Shown here one piece after another: positions 24,386-37,810 of a stretch of 64,000 bases of DNA. The DNA comes from Okamejei kenojei (Eukaryota), in assembly GCA_035221665.1 (NCBI GenBank), contig CM069147.1, forward strand, positions 40,114,001 through 40,178,000. The letters run 5' to 3'. The notes under the pieces are model-generated. The model was not told the origin of the DNA and made no database searches. It was given only the letters and a program-made list of their open reading frames with translations. Numbering within the stretch: position 1 is the first letter of the stretch; the number at the start of each line of letters is the position of its first letter. The position numbers and the translations under genes were made by a program.

Positions 24386-25900
24386 AATTGTAGTTGAGGT
24401 TGGCTTGATTGTATTTATCTGTGGTGTTATCTGATCTGATTAGATAGCATGCAACATAAAGCTTTTCACTGTATATGTGGGAATAATAAACCTAAACCTA
24501 ACTTCTACAATCAGCCAAACTTGGGAAGGAAAAGTATCCTCTAAATTCTCCTTCAGAAGGATGGTTCATATCATATCAGAAAAATATGCTGTCTATTAAT
24601 TCAATATAGCTCAAAGTAATATGTGGAAAACGTTCAGCCTTCGAGTGCCCTTCCCAGCAAACTGGGGACTAGTTGTGATACAATGGACTGTACTTCATTC
24701 TCAGTAAGGCCTTGCCTACACAAAAGGTGCATTGTTTTATTGTAAGGTACAGCTTCTTCTTGGTTATCCTACCTTACTGTTTTAGTAAAGGAAAGCCTTA
24801 CTTTCCATTAGCTAAAAATATCCTACTCATTGCACAGGAAATAACTTTTAATACCATTTTACAGGAAAAGTATCTGCATCACGTCCCAAACCCGTAACTC
24901 ATGAATGCTGGATACAAAAGGTGTATGAGAATCCCAGCAAAGTTCCTCTTCGACTCATTATCGTAACCTGGAAATACTGTTCTTTCATTGTCACAGAAAC
25001 AAAATCCATGAACCGTTTTCTATGGAAATGCCTACATCATAAAGAAGGCAGCTCTTTGAAGAATAATACAGATCGATATTATGTTATACTTAACCCGTGG
25101 TGCTCAGACCCATGAATGAATTAAACAATAACTATCTGTAATATACTCAGAAATAACAACATTTTTAATCTAGAATCCAAAGTTAACCTTTCTTCCATTG
25201 AGAGGTCATCGACCTGAAATTTAAACCCTGCTTCTTTCTCAACTGCGCCTCCTAACACTCTGAAGATTTCAACGTTTTCTATCGTTCACCAATATCCTCT
25301 CTGAGGTAATTTTTATCCATTGTACATGTGAATTACAGTAAATTGAATTTCACAACGCATGGTAGGTATATTTGATTTTGAAATTTCTCAATGTCCAACA
25401 CAAAATTATATAATGGTTGGGGACAGACCTTAAATAAAGCCATGAGATTAAATGATATTTCAAAAAATACACGCAAAAGTGGAAATGGAGGGAAGAACTG
25501 GGAAGCATCAATAGGGACACATTAAGGCATAAGGAGACTTCTAGAACTGTTCTTAGGAATCATTATCTGGTCAGCCCTTATTAACTGCACATTGACAAGG
25601 TTCAGTTTGTTTTCTCGCTGCTGTTGCTGCTGATCTGTACGTCCTCTTTCTAAATATTAAATGATGAGTTAATTAAAGTTAACTCTTCACCCTGCCTAGT
25701 GGAGCATGACCTGGAGATCTTCAAAGCCATCAGTAGGAAAGAGGTTTCAACACAAAATTAGTTATTTGGCTAAGGCACTTTAGTTTAGTGGTTAAAGAAT
25801 TGGATATCCTTCAATGAGTAAGAAAGGAGATCGATCTTCTTGGCACGCCCCTCACAAAATCATGTGTCTCAGGCTGCCATTCATTCACTCTGCAGTTTTG

Positions 25901-26075
25901 TTAGCTGTATTTTTCGTGTGCTCCTTTCCCGTACGTGAACACCTGAAAGAATATTGCGACGTCAATACAAATCTGAAGGGCCCCACAAACCCAGAATTGT
26001 ACTGGTGTTGCATTAATAATGAAGTAGGCAGTTTTAAAGATGTCACCCAGGGTCCACATCAGCACCATCTTAACA
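25901..26075 (-). CDS. SLC66A2: Last coding exon of a PQ-loop repeat transporter, SLC66A2/PQLC1-like
   Basis: Acceptor ttttcttttctcag|T at 26076/26075. Translates (S)VKMVLMWTLGDIFKTAYFIINATPVQFWVCGALQICIDVAIFFQVFTYGKGAHEKYS-TAA. The phase matches the upstream exon (AG|T = Ser). Matches the PQLC1 C-terminus as recalled (SIKMVLMWTSGDAFKTAYF). Could be a paralog. Confidence 0.88.
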
Positions 26076-26592
26076 CTGAGAAAAGAAAACAGATGAAAAT
26101 TATTATGCTGCACTAAATCAATGAGATTTCTTGATAGTAATAACTTCAAATAGTAAACAGGAATAATGTTTACATTTTATAAACTACATTTAACAGAGAA
26201 ATCACCCGTAAAGCTCACAAAGGAAATGTAGAAGGGCAAAATTTGTATACAATTGAAGGAGGGAAGATTTTAAGGGATGACCAATGGTTTAGACCAATTT
26301 CTGGGCTTTAAGCAGCTTGCAGAGGAACTTGATGGCAAAGTTGTGCTGACGGAATCTGTGACAGCAATAGTGACTGAGGCATGTTTTATGACTAGAAGAG
26401 TAAGAGTTTGAAGGAAGTCTAGATTTATCAGCAAATACATTTATTTTGCTCCCAGTCGGGTTTCCACCCTGGAGCATATTCTGATGAATAGATTTGGCTC
26501 TGTATTCATTGGTGGTGAATTAGAGGAGGTGTAATATGAAGTTATAATCTTTGCTTAGATTTTGCTGATAAACATTACTGTTAGTTCAGTTG

Positions 26593-26911
26593 AGGCCCTG
26601 ACCCACTTTCCAGAGTTACTCGCGAATTCCCCCGAGTTTTCCCCTTGATTCAAACTCGGAGAATTACGGTAATAGCCAGCCATAGGTCCTCGGGGCTATT
26701 TTTTGACTCATGGACATTTTTTTATCATGCTGAAAAAACGTCCCGACTTACCTGATGCCCCGAGTACCTATGGCTGGCATTACGAGCTGCTACGAAATAT
26801 CTACGGACTCCTACGGCCTCCTACGGACTCGCTACGGACATTCTCTGAGCTTGAATCAAGGGGAAAACTCGGGAGAATTCATGAGTAACTCAGGAAAGTG
26901 GGACAGGGCCT
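26593..26911. mobile_element. Harbinger-type MITE
   Basis: ~70-bp TIRs aggccctgacccactttccagagttactc... and ...gagtaactcaggaaagtgggacagggcct. Same terminal 14-mer family as 12176 and 45714. TSD not clean. Confidence 0.8.
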
Positions 26912-27501
26912 TAAAATAGAAGCAAGTCCAAGACATCTGAGTCCAAAACATGCAGGTACAAGTCAGCAAAGTCCTCTCCATTACCCTGATAACATGCCAG
27001 GTTAAGACCAGGTTAGGCAACAGGCTCCTGTCCTGCTTCCATTAGAACCGGAAGTGGGCAATGTGAAGAAGGGCTGGTCAGGCCTTTTGGTTGAACCTGA
27101 CCAAAACAAACCCCTCTTTTAAAAGTTAGAATGACCTTACAGTAAATGATATCACAGGAGGCAGAGATTCAACGAGTCATGTGTTTGAAATAACTAATTG
27201 GTTCCATACCCAACATTCTCCACACGCCTTTCATTTTCCTGCATCTTCTCTTTATATTTGTTGTTAAAAATGACTACTACAGCTGTTCCCACCACTGTTT
27301 CAGGCAGCGGATACCTTGCTGTGTAAAACAATTTCTCCTCATCTCTCCTTTGGTTCTTTTGCCAATTATATTGAGCTCCCACTGACTGCAAATTCTCACT
27401 TCTGATACCAGCATTTCTGCATCTGAGCCGACTACTGGACTGCTGATCCCTATTTTCTCAGTCTTTATAGATCACATAAATGTCTACTCCCATGTTCCTC
27501 T

Positions 27502-30222
27502 CAATAGACAATGGAGGCAGCAGTAGGCCATTCGGCCCTTCGAGCCAGCACCGCCATTCAATATGATCATGGCTGATCATCCACAATCAGTACCCCGTTC
27601 CTGCCTTCTCCCCATATCCCCTGGCTCCGCTATCTTTAAGAGCTCTATCTAACTCTCTCTTGAAATAATCCAGAGAATTGGCCTCAACTTCCTTCTGAGG
27701 CAGATAATTCCACAGGTTCACAACTCTCTGGGTGAAAATGTTTTTCCTCATCTCCGTTCTAAATGACCTACCCCTAATTCTTAAACTGTGGCCCCTGGTT
27801 CTCGATTCCCCCAACTTCGGGAACATGTTTCTTGTGTCCAGTGAGTCCAATCCCATAATTATCTTACATGTTTCAATAAGATCCCCTCTCATCCTTCTAA
27901 ATTCCAGAGTATACAAGCTCAGCTGCTTTATTCTATCAACACATGACAGTCCATCCATTCCGGCAATTAACCTTATGAACCTACGCTGTACTCCCTCAAT
28001 AGCAAGAATGTCCTTCCTCAAATTTGGAGGCCAAAACTGCACACAATACTCCAGGTATGGTCCCACTTGGACCCTGTACAACTGCAGAAAGACCTCTTTG
28101 CTTCTATACTCAACTCCTCTTGTTATGAAGACCAACATGTCATTAGCTTTCTTCACTGCTTGCTGTACCTGCATGCTTACTTTCAGTGACTGATGAACAA
28201 GGACCCTCAGATCTCATTGTACTTCCCTTTTTCCTAACTTGACACCATTCGGATAATAATCTGCCTTCCTGATTTTGCCGCCAAAGTGGATAACCTCACA
28301 TTTATCCACATTAAGCTGCATCTGCCATGCATCTGCCCACTCACCCAACCTGTCCAAGTCACCCTGCATCCTCATAGCATCCTCCTCACACTTCACACTG
28401 CCACCAGCTTTGTGTCATCTGCAAATTTGCTAATGTTACTTTTAATCCCTTCATGTAAATCATTGATGAATATTGTAAATAACTGCGGTCCCAGCACCAA
28501 GCCTTGCCGTACTCCACTATTCACTGCCTGCCATTCTGAGAGGGACCAGTTAATCCCTAATCTTTGTTTCATGTCTGCCAACCAATTTTCTATCCATATC
28601 AGCACTCTACCCCCAATACAATGTGCTCTAATTCTGCCCACTAATCTTCTATGTGGGACTTTATCAAATGCTTTCTGAAAGTCCAGGTACCCTACATCCA
28701 CTGGCTCACACTTGTCCATTTTCCTAGTTAAAATCCCAGAAGATTAGTCAAGCATGATTTCCCCTTCGTAAATCCATGCTGACTCCTGACCGATCCTGCT
28801 ACTGCTTTCCAAATGTGCCACAATTTCACCTTTTATAATTGACCAGCATCTTCCCCACCACCGATGTCAGACTAACTGATCTATAATTCCCTGTTTTCTC
28901 TCTCCCACCTTTATTAAAAAGAGGGATAACATTAGCTACCCTCCAATTCACAGGAACCTATCCTGAATCTATAGAACATTGAAAAATGTTCACCAATGCA
29001 TCCATGATTTCTAGAGCCACTTCCTTAAGTACCCTGGGATGCAGACCATCAGGCGCTGGGGATTCATCAACCTTCAGTACCATCAGTCTACCCAACACCA
29101 TTTCCTACCTAATGTGAATTTCCCTCAGTTCCTCCGTCACCCTAGGTGTTTTGGCAATTAGTACACCTAGGAGATTGTTTGTGTCTTCCTTAGTGAAGAC
29201 AGAACCAAAGTCTACCATTTCCTTATTCCCCATAATAAATTCACGTGTTCCTGTCTTCAAGGGACCCACATTTGTCTTAACTTTGTTTTTTCCTCTTTAC
29301 ATACCATTAAAGAAGCATTTACTATCCTCCTTTATATCCTTGGCTAGCTTACCTTTGTGCCTCATCTTTTCTCCCTGTATTGTCTTTTTAGTTATCTTCT
29401 GTTGTTCTTTAAAGTTTGCCAATCCTCTGGCTTCCCACTTATCTTTGCTATGTTATAATTCATCTCTTTTATTTTTACACTGTCCTTGACTTCCCTTGTC
29501 AGCCATGGTTGCCTCTTACTCCCCTTAGAATTTTTCTTCCTCTTTGGAATGAACTGATCCTGCACCTTCTGTATGGTTCCCTGAAATACCTGCCATTGTT
29601 GTTCCACTGTCATCCCTGCTAGGGTCTCTCTCCAGTCAACTTTGGACAGCTCCTCCCTCATGCCTCCATAGTCCCCTTTGCTCAACTGTAATACTGACAC
29701 TTCCGATTTTCCCTTCTCTCTCTCAAATTGTAGATTAAAACTTATCATATTATGGTCATTACCTCCTAATGGCTCCTTTACCTTGAGTTCCCTTATCAAA
29801 TCCAGTTCATTACACAGCACTAAATCCAGAATTGCCTTCTCCCTGGTAGGCTCCAGTACAAGCTGCTCTAAGAATCCATCACGGAGGCACTCCACAAACT
29901 CCCTTTCTTGGGGTCCAGTACCAACTTGATTTTCGCATTCTACCTGCATGTTGAAATCTCCCATGACCACCGTAGCATTACCTTTGCTACATGCCAATTT
30001 TAACTCTTGATTCAACTTGCACCCTATACCTCGGCTGCTGTTTGGGGGCCTGTGGATAACTCCCATTAGGGTATTTTTACCCTTACAATCCTGTACTATC
30101 CATACTGACTCTACATCTCCTGATTCTATGTCACCCCTTGCAAGGGACTGAATTCCATTCCTCACCAACAGAGCTACACAACCCCCTCTGCCCACCCGTC
30201 TGTCTTTTCGATAGGGCGTATA
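27502..30222 (-). mobile_element. 5'-truncated CR1-clade LINE (endonuclease C-part plus RT), degraded
   Basis: RGGCVALLV, YRPP-like HRPP, MGDFN, LDLVLCN, DHNMISF, LDFQKAFDKVPH, QGLVLGP, SKFADDTKL, RGHSLRIRG, QRVVNLWN. Confidence 0.93.
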
Positions 30223-30458
30223 TCAAAGCATGTGCCCGAGACTCAGCAGCATTTTACATGAAATCAACCATATTTTAAAACAGGCACTTGCAGGATATAG
30301 GAAAAGACTGGACTAGCCTAGATGTTACTATCTGCAACTTTTACAAACAAAACATTAACATCCTGAATATGTGAAGTAAATCAAACAACATGCAGCAATA
30401 GGTTAGAGAAATTGAATAAAGAAATGGATTCCCAATTTTAACAACTGCAAAACATTAA

Positions 30459-30765
30459 GGGTATCGTGGTGGCGCAGCGGTGGAGTTGCTGCGTTACAGC
30501 GCCAGAGACCCGGGTTCGATCCTGACTACAGGCGCTGTCTGTACGGAGTTTGTACATTCTCCCCGTGACCACATGGGTTTTCTCCGGGAGCTCGTTTCCA
30601 TTGAGACTCCAAAGACATGCAGGTTTGTAAGCTAATTGGCTTGGTAAAATAGTAAACTGTCCCTAGAGTGTGTAAGATAGTATTAATGTGCGGGGATCGC
30701 TGGTTGGCGTGGAACCCGTGGATCGAAGGGCCTGTTTCCGTGCTGTATCTTTAAACTAAACTAAA
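30459..30765 (+). mobile_element. tRNA-derived V-SINE (HE1-like)
   Basis: A box tggcgcagcgg (30470), B box ggttcgatcc (30513), V-domain ggagtttgtacattctccccgtg, tail (aaact)n, imperfect TSD ending acattaa. Confidence 0.88.
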
Positions 30766-31237
30766 GTGCACACATTAAATCTCCCAATATTACTTTTTAT
30801 TGTAATAGAAAGTAATTGCAAATTTTGTTTATAGCAAAGATTGATACAAAATGCTGGAGTAACTCAACGAGTCAGGCAGCATATTTGGAGAAAATTGATA
30901 GGTGATGTTTCAGGTCGGGACCCTGCTTAACTCCTTTGCTAAGAGGATGAGTTAAAATTGGAATTGGGTTCCAATGGCATGACCTGCACATGTGGAGATA
31001 AAGTAACATGTCTGATTCAGTATCTTAAAATGAGCAACTGTCAAATTTGATATCTTCGAGCAGTCTAAAGTTGTGAACAAACATAACCATGTGCAATTTT
31101 AACTGCTCGCTTGCTGTTGGCAGGAGTTGTTTGATCAATTGGTTGGTGAGATGGCATGCACATCATGGATTAAAAGCAGTAGCCAAATGCAGTAACAACA
31201 TTAACCATAAATATTTTCAAATTAAGTCATGCGAGTA

Positions 31238-31751
31238 CAGGAAGTCCCTAAGATACAACAGGATTCCATTCCTGAGAACTGTTTGCAACCTGAACTCTAT
31301 GCGAGTCGGATATGAACGGAAGCAGTGTGTGGGAGAGGATCCCAGGGACAGTTGAGTGAGGCAGAGAGGGATGAGCGGCTGCCAGATGGCCTCACGGACT
31401 CAGTGAGTGAGCGAGAGAGTCTGCTCAGCGCCCCAGCTCTGCTCGGCTCGACTCAGCTCCCGATTGTTGCAGCTTGGAACGGGGGTGCGATATTGTGGGG
31501 AGAGAAGGCAAGGGCTAAAAAAGTCACGGGTACACAAAAAGCTGGAGAAACTCAGCGGGTGCAGCAGCATCTAAGGAGCGAAGGAGATAGGCGACGTTTC
31601 GGGTCGAGACCCTTCTTCAGACACGTTCCCAACCAGCTGAAGTTGCCTGCAAAGCCGCAACATCTGGCAAATCCATCCCCATCCATCCCACCGGACTCCC
31701 ACATGTACAGGGTGTCAATAAGTCAGGCGTTCATAACATGAGGAGGACCTG
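31238..31751. mobile_element. Tigger/pogo-like MITE (TA-flanked) with an inserted Penelope pLTR at ~31527-31622
   Basis: TA|caggaagtccc... and ...ggaggacctg|TA form imperfect TIRs. The internal minus-strand pLTR carries an intact CTGAAGA...GAAACGTC core. Confidence 0.55.
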
Positions 31752-32281
31752 TATATTTTACTTGGATTGTTGCCTTGAATATATGTCAGCCATCCAATTC
31801 TGTTTCCATTAGTCTTTCCGTCAGTTCTGTGTAGTAAGTTCAAGTTCAGTCCTTTAAGTTCTTTCACGCAGCGAAACTGGTGAATATGACACTGAACAAC
31901 TCTTAACAAGCACTGACAGGATAAAGAACCCATTGGTGTATCCCAGGCACGTGCCGCTAGGATAGGCAAGGTAGGCACTGCCTACCCAGACTAAAATTAT
32001 AAAATGGTAATTATTAAATATAAATAGTAAAGGCATGGGAGAATTCTCTTAGCTTCAAGGCTTCACGACAAGGGGAGCTGAAGGCAGCTGAAATTCTGCC
32101 TTTGCAACGTGCACTGCGTATTGCGCAAGTTTCTTGGTGGGTTTTTCAAACATGGATTGTCCTTATCTTAAGAGTATCTTATGAAACAAAGAGAGAAGAA
32201 TGGAGTTCGTGTACAAATAATATGGTAAGTACATTTCTTTGAGCTATATGATTTTATACGTATTGAGCTATATGAGCTATA

Positions 32282-33329
32282 CATATTTCCAGGCAATGAA
32301 GACGTTATTTTTTACCCAAAAATAAGGCACGAAAATTTACCTGCGACTTGGAGGCCGAAGGCTGGGTTGTTAGCCAAGAAAGATAGACTTGGGTATCCCA
32401 CAGTACATCAACATCAAGAACGATGTTGCTGTACTGAGTGATAGCCAAGTCTACCCCTCATTGCTGGCAGCTGATGGGAAGTGGCTGTAAAAGAACAGTG
32501 CCATTGGGGGGGCAGTTCCTTTCACAGCGTGTGGGGAGTCTGGCCCGGGGTAAAGTTGCGGGGAGGGCAGGAGCATTGGGAAGGAGAGGATCGGGGATCA
32601 TGCCAGCAACTCACTTGCCGCGACGCTCGCCGGCCTCACTCATGTCAGCCGCTTCCCGCAAATCCTTAAATTCCGACAGCGCGATTAAGGATCTGAGGTT
32701 ACTCGGCTGTCGGAATTTAAGGAGTTGCGGAAAGCGGCTGACATGAACGAGGCCGGCGAGTGGCAGGAGAGAGGCTTTCAGACGGAGAGCACTGCCAGAG
32801 GTGAGCGGGCCAGCAGAATGCGTTGAGGTGGCGGCCAGTTTCGCTGTCCGGTCCCGGCGGCCGCTTGCAACCAACCAAGCTACCTCCCTTCTCGGCCACA
32901 ATGCGATGGCTCCGAGCCCGGAGCGCCGCGCCAGTGGTGAGTGAGTTACCATGATCCCTGACCCCCTCCTTCTCAATGCTCCTGCCCTTCCCGCAACTTT
33001 ACCCCTCGCCAGACTCCCCACACGCTGTGAAAGGAACTCTCCCCCCAATTGGTCCCTTGAACTAGTATTGTCATTCAATAAGATCACAAATGATTCAACT
33101 TGTCCCAGTGTGCTCCCGTTTTTCCCACCATCTCTCCACCTGCCGTCACCCTCCACCCCCCACCCATTCAGTAATTCAAAATTAAGGAGATTTGGAAACC
33201 CTGGGAAATTTGAATTGTTACTTTCTTTATTTTTATTTTTTTTAGCGTGAGAAATTCTATGTCCCACCAGCCTTCATTCGAAATTTAGCAACTCAAAATG
33301 GGGTGCGTCTTCATTGACGGGAAGTACGG
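32282..33329. mobile_element. pogo/Tc1-mariner-like MITE nested in the hAT element
   Basis: TA|catatttccaggcaatgaagacg and cgtcttcattgacgggaagtacgg|TA form imperfect TIRs. Confidence 0.65.
32501..33052. repeat. GC-rich ~100-bp inverted repeat pair
   Basis: 32501-32602 is the reverse complement of 32950-33052 (ttcctttcacagcgtgtggggagtctggc / gccagactccccacacgctgtgaaaggaa). Confidence 0.88.
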
Positions 33330-34091
33330 TACTTTATTAAGAGATATGGCTTTTGAAGAATTTATAAAAGTCAACTGACAGCTTACGGAGAGGAGAACAA
33401 TCTGCGCACGCGTGGTTTAAGATTTTTTAAAAGCCGACTGACTGCCTAACCTGAGTAATTACTCACGGCACGTGCCTGGTGTAATCTTATGAATTACTCC
33501 TGGACACAAAATAGTGAAATGGAAAAACAAATAGTACAACCAAGGTTTTGCAATGTATTAATATTTGGCACGTACAAATGCTGCAAAGCACAGTTGTACA
33601 CCAATGAGAAGTAGATGCAAGTGATTGCACAGGAGATAAAAGTCACAATCTTGTTAAATATGCTAAATAAATTCTAGTTAAAATGGTACTTCATAATGCA
33701 TAATCTTTTCATGTGATAGTGCAGGAAAGTTGAAAATTAATTGGTCAAATGAAAAGCAGTCTTCTTATCGAGTCCACATCACAAGATTAGAAATTGTTCA
33801 GCCAGAGCTGAACACACTTCTCAGTATCTGCATACAGTGGCGTCTTGTGCTTGTTGTGCCTAGTGGTGGAAAGATTGGTGGAAACAGGGGCGACGTGAAT
33901 GCTCTTCCCTTGACCCCATGAAAAGCAGTAACATTACATTATTTTATTGTTTTATTTCAATCAACACGAGGGTGCAAATCAAAGGAATTTTTGATGTTTA
34001 ATCTATAATGATTTAAAAAGAAATGAATATTCTTTTAGGCTTCTTACATTTCTGACTGGTTTATTAGTCAGAACTAAAGACTCCAACATTA

Positions 34092-34405
34092 GGATGGCAT
34101 GGTGGGGCAGCCATATGTTTGCTGCCTCACAGCGTCAGAGACCCAGGTTCGATCCTGACTACAGGTGCTGTCTGTACGGAGCTTGTATGTTCTCCCTGTG
34201 ACCATGTGGGTTTTCCCCAGGTGCTCCGGTTATCTCCCACACTCCAAAGATATATAGGTTAGTAGCTCAATTGGTTTCGGTAAAAATTGTAAATTGTTCC
34301 TAGGGTGTAGGATAGTGTTTGTTTATGGGAATCGCTGGTTGGGATGCACTCGGTGGACCGAAGGGCTTGTTTCCATGCTGTATCTCTAAACAAAACTAAA
34401 CTAAA
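34092..34405 (+). mobile_element. V-SINE (HE1-like)
   Basis: B box ggttcgatcc, V-domain, (aaact)n tail. Confidence 0.85.
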
Positions 34406-34747
34406 TGTGAACATTGAAAATGTATGCAGTCAAAGGGTGGAAGGCTAATTTAGTGTATTTACTTTCATTATCTGCAAAGATTATAATGGGCTGGGGTGCA
34501 CATTTTAATTTGGAAGAGTAAGTAGGTTTGGCTGCAGCCAAGGTTGAAAGGGAGCAAAACATTTGAGAATTGGGAAACTCTTATTTATAAACATCTGTGT
34601 CTAATCCAGCTCTATTTGATGTTCGTAGACAACCTGCCATTTAACATACACTATTCACGAAAATGGAGAACATTTCAACACACTTTATTATTTAACATAA
34701 TATTTAGAGGTTTCCTAAATTCACAAATAAAGTGAAGTGAAAATATG

Positions 34748-35068
34748 GTTTAGTTTGGTTTAGATTAGAGTTACAGCACGGAAACAGGCCATTCGGCCCA
34801 CTGAGTCTGTGTTGACCAGTGATCCCCGTATACTAACACTATCCAACACACTGGGGACAATTTACAAATTTTTTCCGCAAAGCCAATAATGTAAAACCTA
34901 TGAACCTGTACGTCTTTGGAGTGTGGAAGGATTCTAGAGTATCCGGGGAAAACCCACAGTCACGGGGAGAACGTACAAATGCCATACAGACAGCACCCAT
35001 AGGCAGGATCGAGCTGAGTCTCTGGTACTGTAAGGCAGCAGCTCTACCACTGCGTCACTGTGTCACCC
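34748..35068 (-). mobile_element. V-SINE (HE1-like)
   Basis: Reverse copy of the same family. Confidence 0.83.
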
Positions 35069-35382
35069 CTAGTTACAGTTGTAAACCTCTAAGCCTATAA
35101 CAAAAATATTAAAACAAGGCAATCTAGCATAAAGGTCCATGCCTAAATGCTAGATTATTAATTTTCAGCATGTAAACGTGGCCTGACAGCTTTGAACATC
35201 GTACATAGTGTTAAGGAAAGACTTTGTCTCATCATTTCCTGTGAGGATCAGGGTTTAAGTGCAAATCTGCCCATATTTGGAAATTATTGCTTATCGCCTT
35301 CGTCGTGGCTACACCGATGGCTGTTTTTGGACAGAGATAATGTAACAGCGTTTCCTCAGTGATGTTAAGATTAAAAAAAACA

Positions 35383-35684
35383 TTTAGTTTTAGTTTCAGC
35401 GATACAGCGCGGGAACAGGCACTTTGGCCCCACCATGTCCATGCTGACCAGCGATCCCTGCAAACCAGCACTACCCTACGCACACAAGGGACAATTTACA
35501 TTTTTACCGAAGCCAATTAACCTACCAAACTATACGTCTTCGGAGCGTGAGAGGAAACCGGATACCCGGAGAAAACGCAGGCAGGTCACTGTGAGAACGT
35601 ACAAACTCCATCACAGACAGTTTCCCTAGCCAGGATCGAACCCGGTTCTCTGGCGCAGTAGGGCAGCACTTCTACCACTGTGCC
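35383..35684 (-). mobile_element. V-SINE (HE1-like)
   Basis: Reverse copy with ggatcgaacc (reverse B box). Confidence 0.83.
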
Positions 35685-37197
35685 AATAAGAAATAAAAGC
35701 AAGAATAGGATATGGTGCTGATGTTTCTGCTCAAGCATTCAATAAGTTTGTGGTTAATTTGATCATGACCTCCAATCTGCTGCCTGTTCCTCCATAACTC
35801 TAAATTTCCCCCAAAATATAATATAAATAATTCAGTCTCTGCAGCTCCCTGGTAGAGAATTCCAAAGATTCATAATCATTGAAGGGAAGGAATCCTTCCC
35901 CATTTTTGTCTTAAATGGCAATGATATTATTCTGATGTTCTTCCCCCCTCACTCTGAACTCTGCTATGAGGAGAAACATTTCTCAGTATCCGTATTTGTT
36001 CTGGTAATGCAAATGGAATTTTGTTTTGCTTCCAAATCCTTCCTACATTTTATGACCATGTTTTATGGATATTTGAATCCCACATAAGAGTAAAATAATA
36101 TACTCAATTCTCCAGACAAAATGGATCCCTCTCACTCAAAATATTATCAAGCTTTGTGCCATCAAATATAGACAGAATTAAAATCCAGACCATTATAGTT
36201 ATTTATTGAGAATAGAACATTATAATTATTTATCGAGATTAAAATATTAATCGGGTGGAGGGAACAATTCTGTAAAGTTGTTGGGCAGAGCACAAGAAAC
36301 ATTTCATGATCTTATTGGTTAACTACCATCCAAAGGAGCAGAGAAAATGTCATCTTCTGCCTAGAAATTGTATTTCAAACTTATTGGGTGCACTGAATGT
36401 ATTTTGGGGCATAGAGCTTAAACTAAATTAGAAAATACAAAAAAAACGGTGACATTTCACTTTAAGCTGTAATCCTGGTAACGATAAGCGTAAAACAACT
36501 GGGTCATTGCAAAAACTCGTCTGGTTCACTCAAGCGTTTAAAGGGAAGAATCTGCACTCCATATCTGGCCTACATGTTATTCCAGCCCCCACTAATGTGG
36601 TTTACATTTAACTACCTCTTCAGTACAGAATAAAAGGAATGAGCAATAAATAACAGCATTGCCAACAGCAAGTAGTAGACAGTAACTGTAAGGCAGCAAC
36701 TCGCCTGTGCCACTGTGCCATACTGTGCTGTCTTTTTTTTGTGAGCCTAAGCTGATGTTGACCTCCCACAACAACCCAGCAGACTCTGCACTGAGCTCCA
36801 AGGTTGGCAGATTTGATTGATAACAGATCAGTGGAATAGAGAAAAAGGGGATGTCTGTAAATTCTGAGCAGGTGTATGAACAGTGCCAGGCTAGAGACCA
36901 GACTGCTGGGTCGAGAAACTGCCACACACCCAGTTAAAATAGAATTGCAGGTCACCCTATAGCTTTTTTCTGAAAGCTGCATAAAAAGCTAAAGCTCATA
37001 GAGCAGCATTGTCAGGTTACAATGGAAAATACTGCAATGAAACTGACAATGTTGGTTTCACTGTGGCATTTCCTACTGATACCTTCTTGCAGTTGTCAGC
37101 AGGTACCCCAGCAGATGCAGTCTTAGCAGACAACTCACAAATGAAAAGGACACCAAACAGGGAATGCTATTACAGGTACTCCCAAGGGTAGAAATAA

Positions 37198-37556
37198 CTT
37201 AGATTCATAGAGTGATACAGCGTGGAAACAGGCACCGGCTGAACTTGCCCACACCGGCCATTGTCCCAGCTACACTCGTCCCACCAGCCTGCGTTTGACC
37301 CATATCCCTCTAAACCTGTCCTATCCATGTACCTGTCTAACTGTTTCTTAAACGTTGGGCTAGTCCCTGCCTCAACTACCTCCTATTGCAGCTTCTTCCA
37401 TACACTCAACACCCTTTGTGTGAAAAAGTAACCCCTCAGATTCCCATTAAATCTTTTCCCTTCACCTTAAACCTATGTCCTCTGGTCCTCGATTCACATG
37501 CTCTGGGAAAGAGAATCTGTGCATCAACTCAATCTATTCCTCTCATGATTGTACAC
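37198..37556 (-). mobile_element. CR1 3' fragment, interrupted at ~37557
   Basis: gattcatagagtgatacagcgtggaaacagg...; near-identical family to 62755-63125. CR1 sequence resumes at ~38952. Confidence 0.8.
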
Positions 37557-37557
37557 A

Positions 37558-37810
37558 CGGTACCGGACGCGGCGCCGACAGACGAGAGGCCGAAGCAAAG
37601 AAGCCGAAGCCAACGAACCGAATAGAAACGAGGCCGAAACGCCAATGAACCGAGAGAATCCGAAGACAAAACGCCTACTAACTGAAAGGACGGGACGCCT
37701 AAATGCAAACTAACCAAAAGAGGGGATGCCTAAAAGCCAACGAACCGAAAGGCTGCGTGGCCTACAGGCCAAAGGACCGACTGCCGCTCAACAGAGAAGT
37801 CCAATAACGG
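37558..37810. repeat. Degenerate ~15-bp periodic array (ccgaa-type units), probably the subterminal repeat of a DNA transposon
   Basis: gccgaa/accgaa/gccta/actgaa recur at about 15-bp spacing from 37574 to 37800. Confidence 0.6.

Larger units (their letters stand above)
31944..33478. mobile_element. Non-autonomous hAT-like element
   Basis: Perfect 13-bp TIR caggcacgtgccg / cggcacgtgcctg. The 8-bp flanks gtgtatcc and gtgtaatc (6/8) fit a decayed hAT TSD. Confidence 0.75.

Noticed and set aside
30459-30530. tRNA-like sequence with A and B boxes
   Set aside because: It is the head of a V-SINE that continues into the V-domain and a LINE-derived tail, and is repeated many times in the window.
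32438-33267. ORFs on both strands sharing the peptide FLSQRVGSLARGKVAGRAGAL
   Set aside because: This is a by-product of the 100-bp inverted repeat, not a gene duplication.
37558-37810. Regularly spaced repeats resembling a CRISPR array
   Set aside because: Units are ~15 bp and degenerate, with no repeat-spacer structure and no cas genes, in a vertebrate context.
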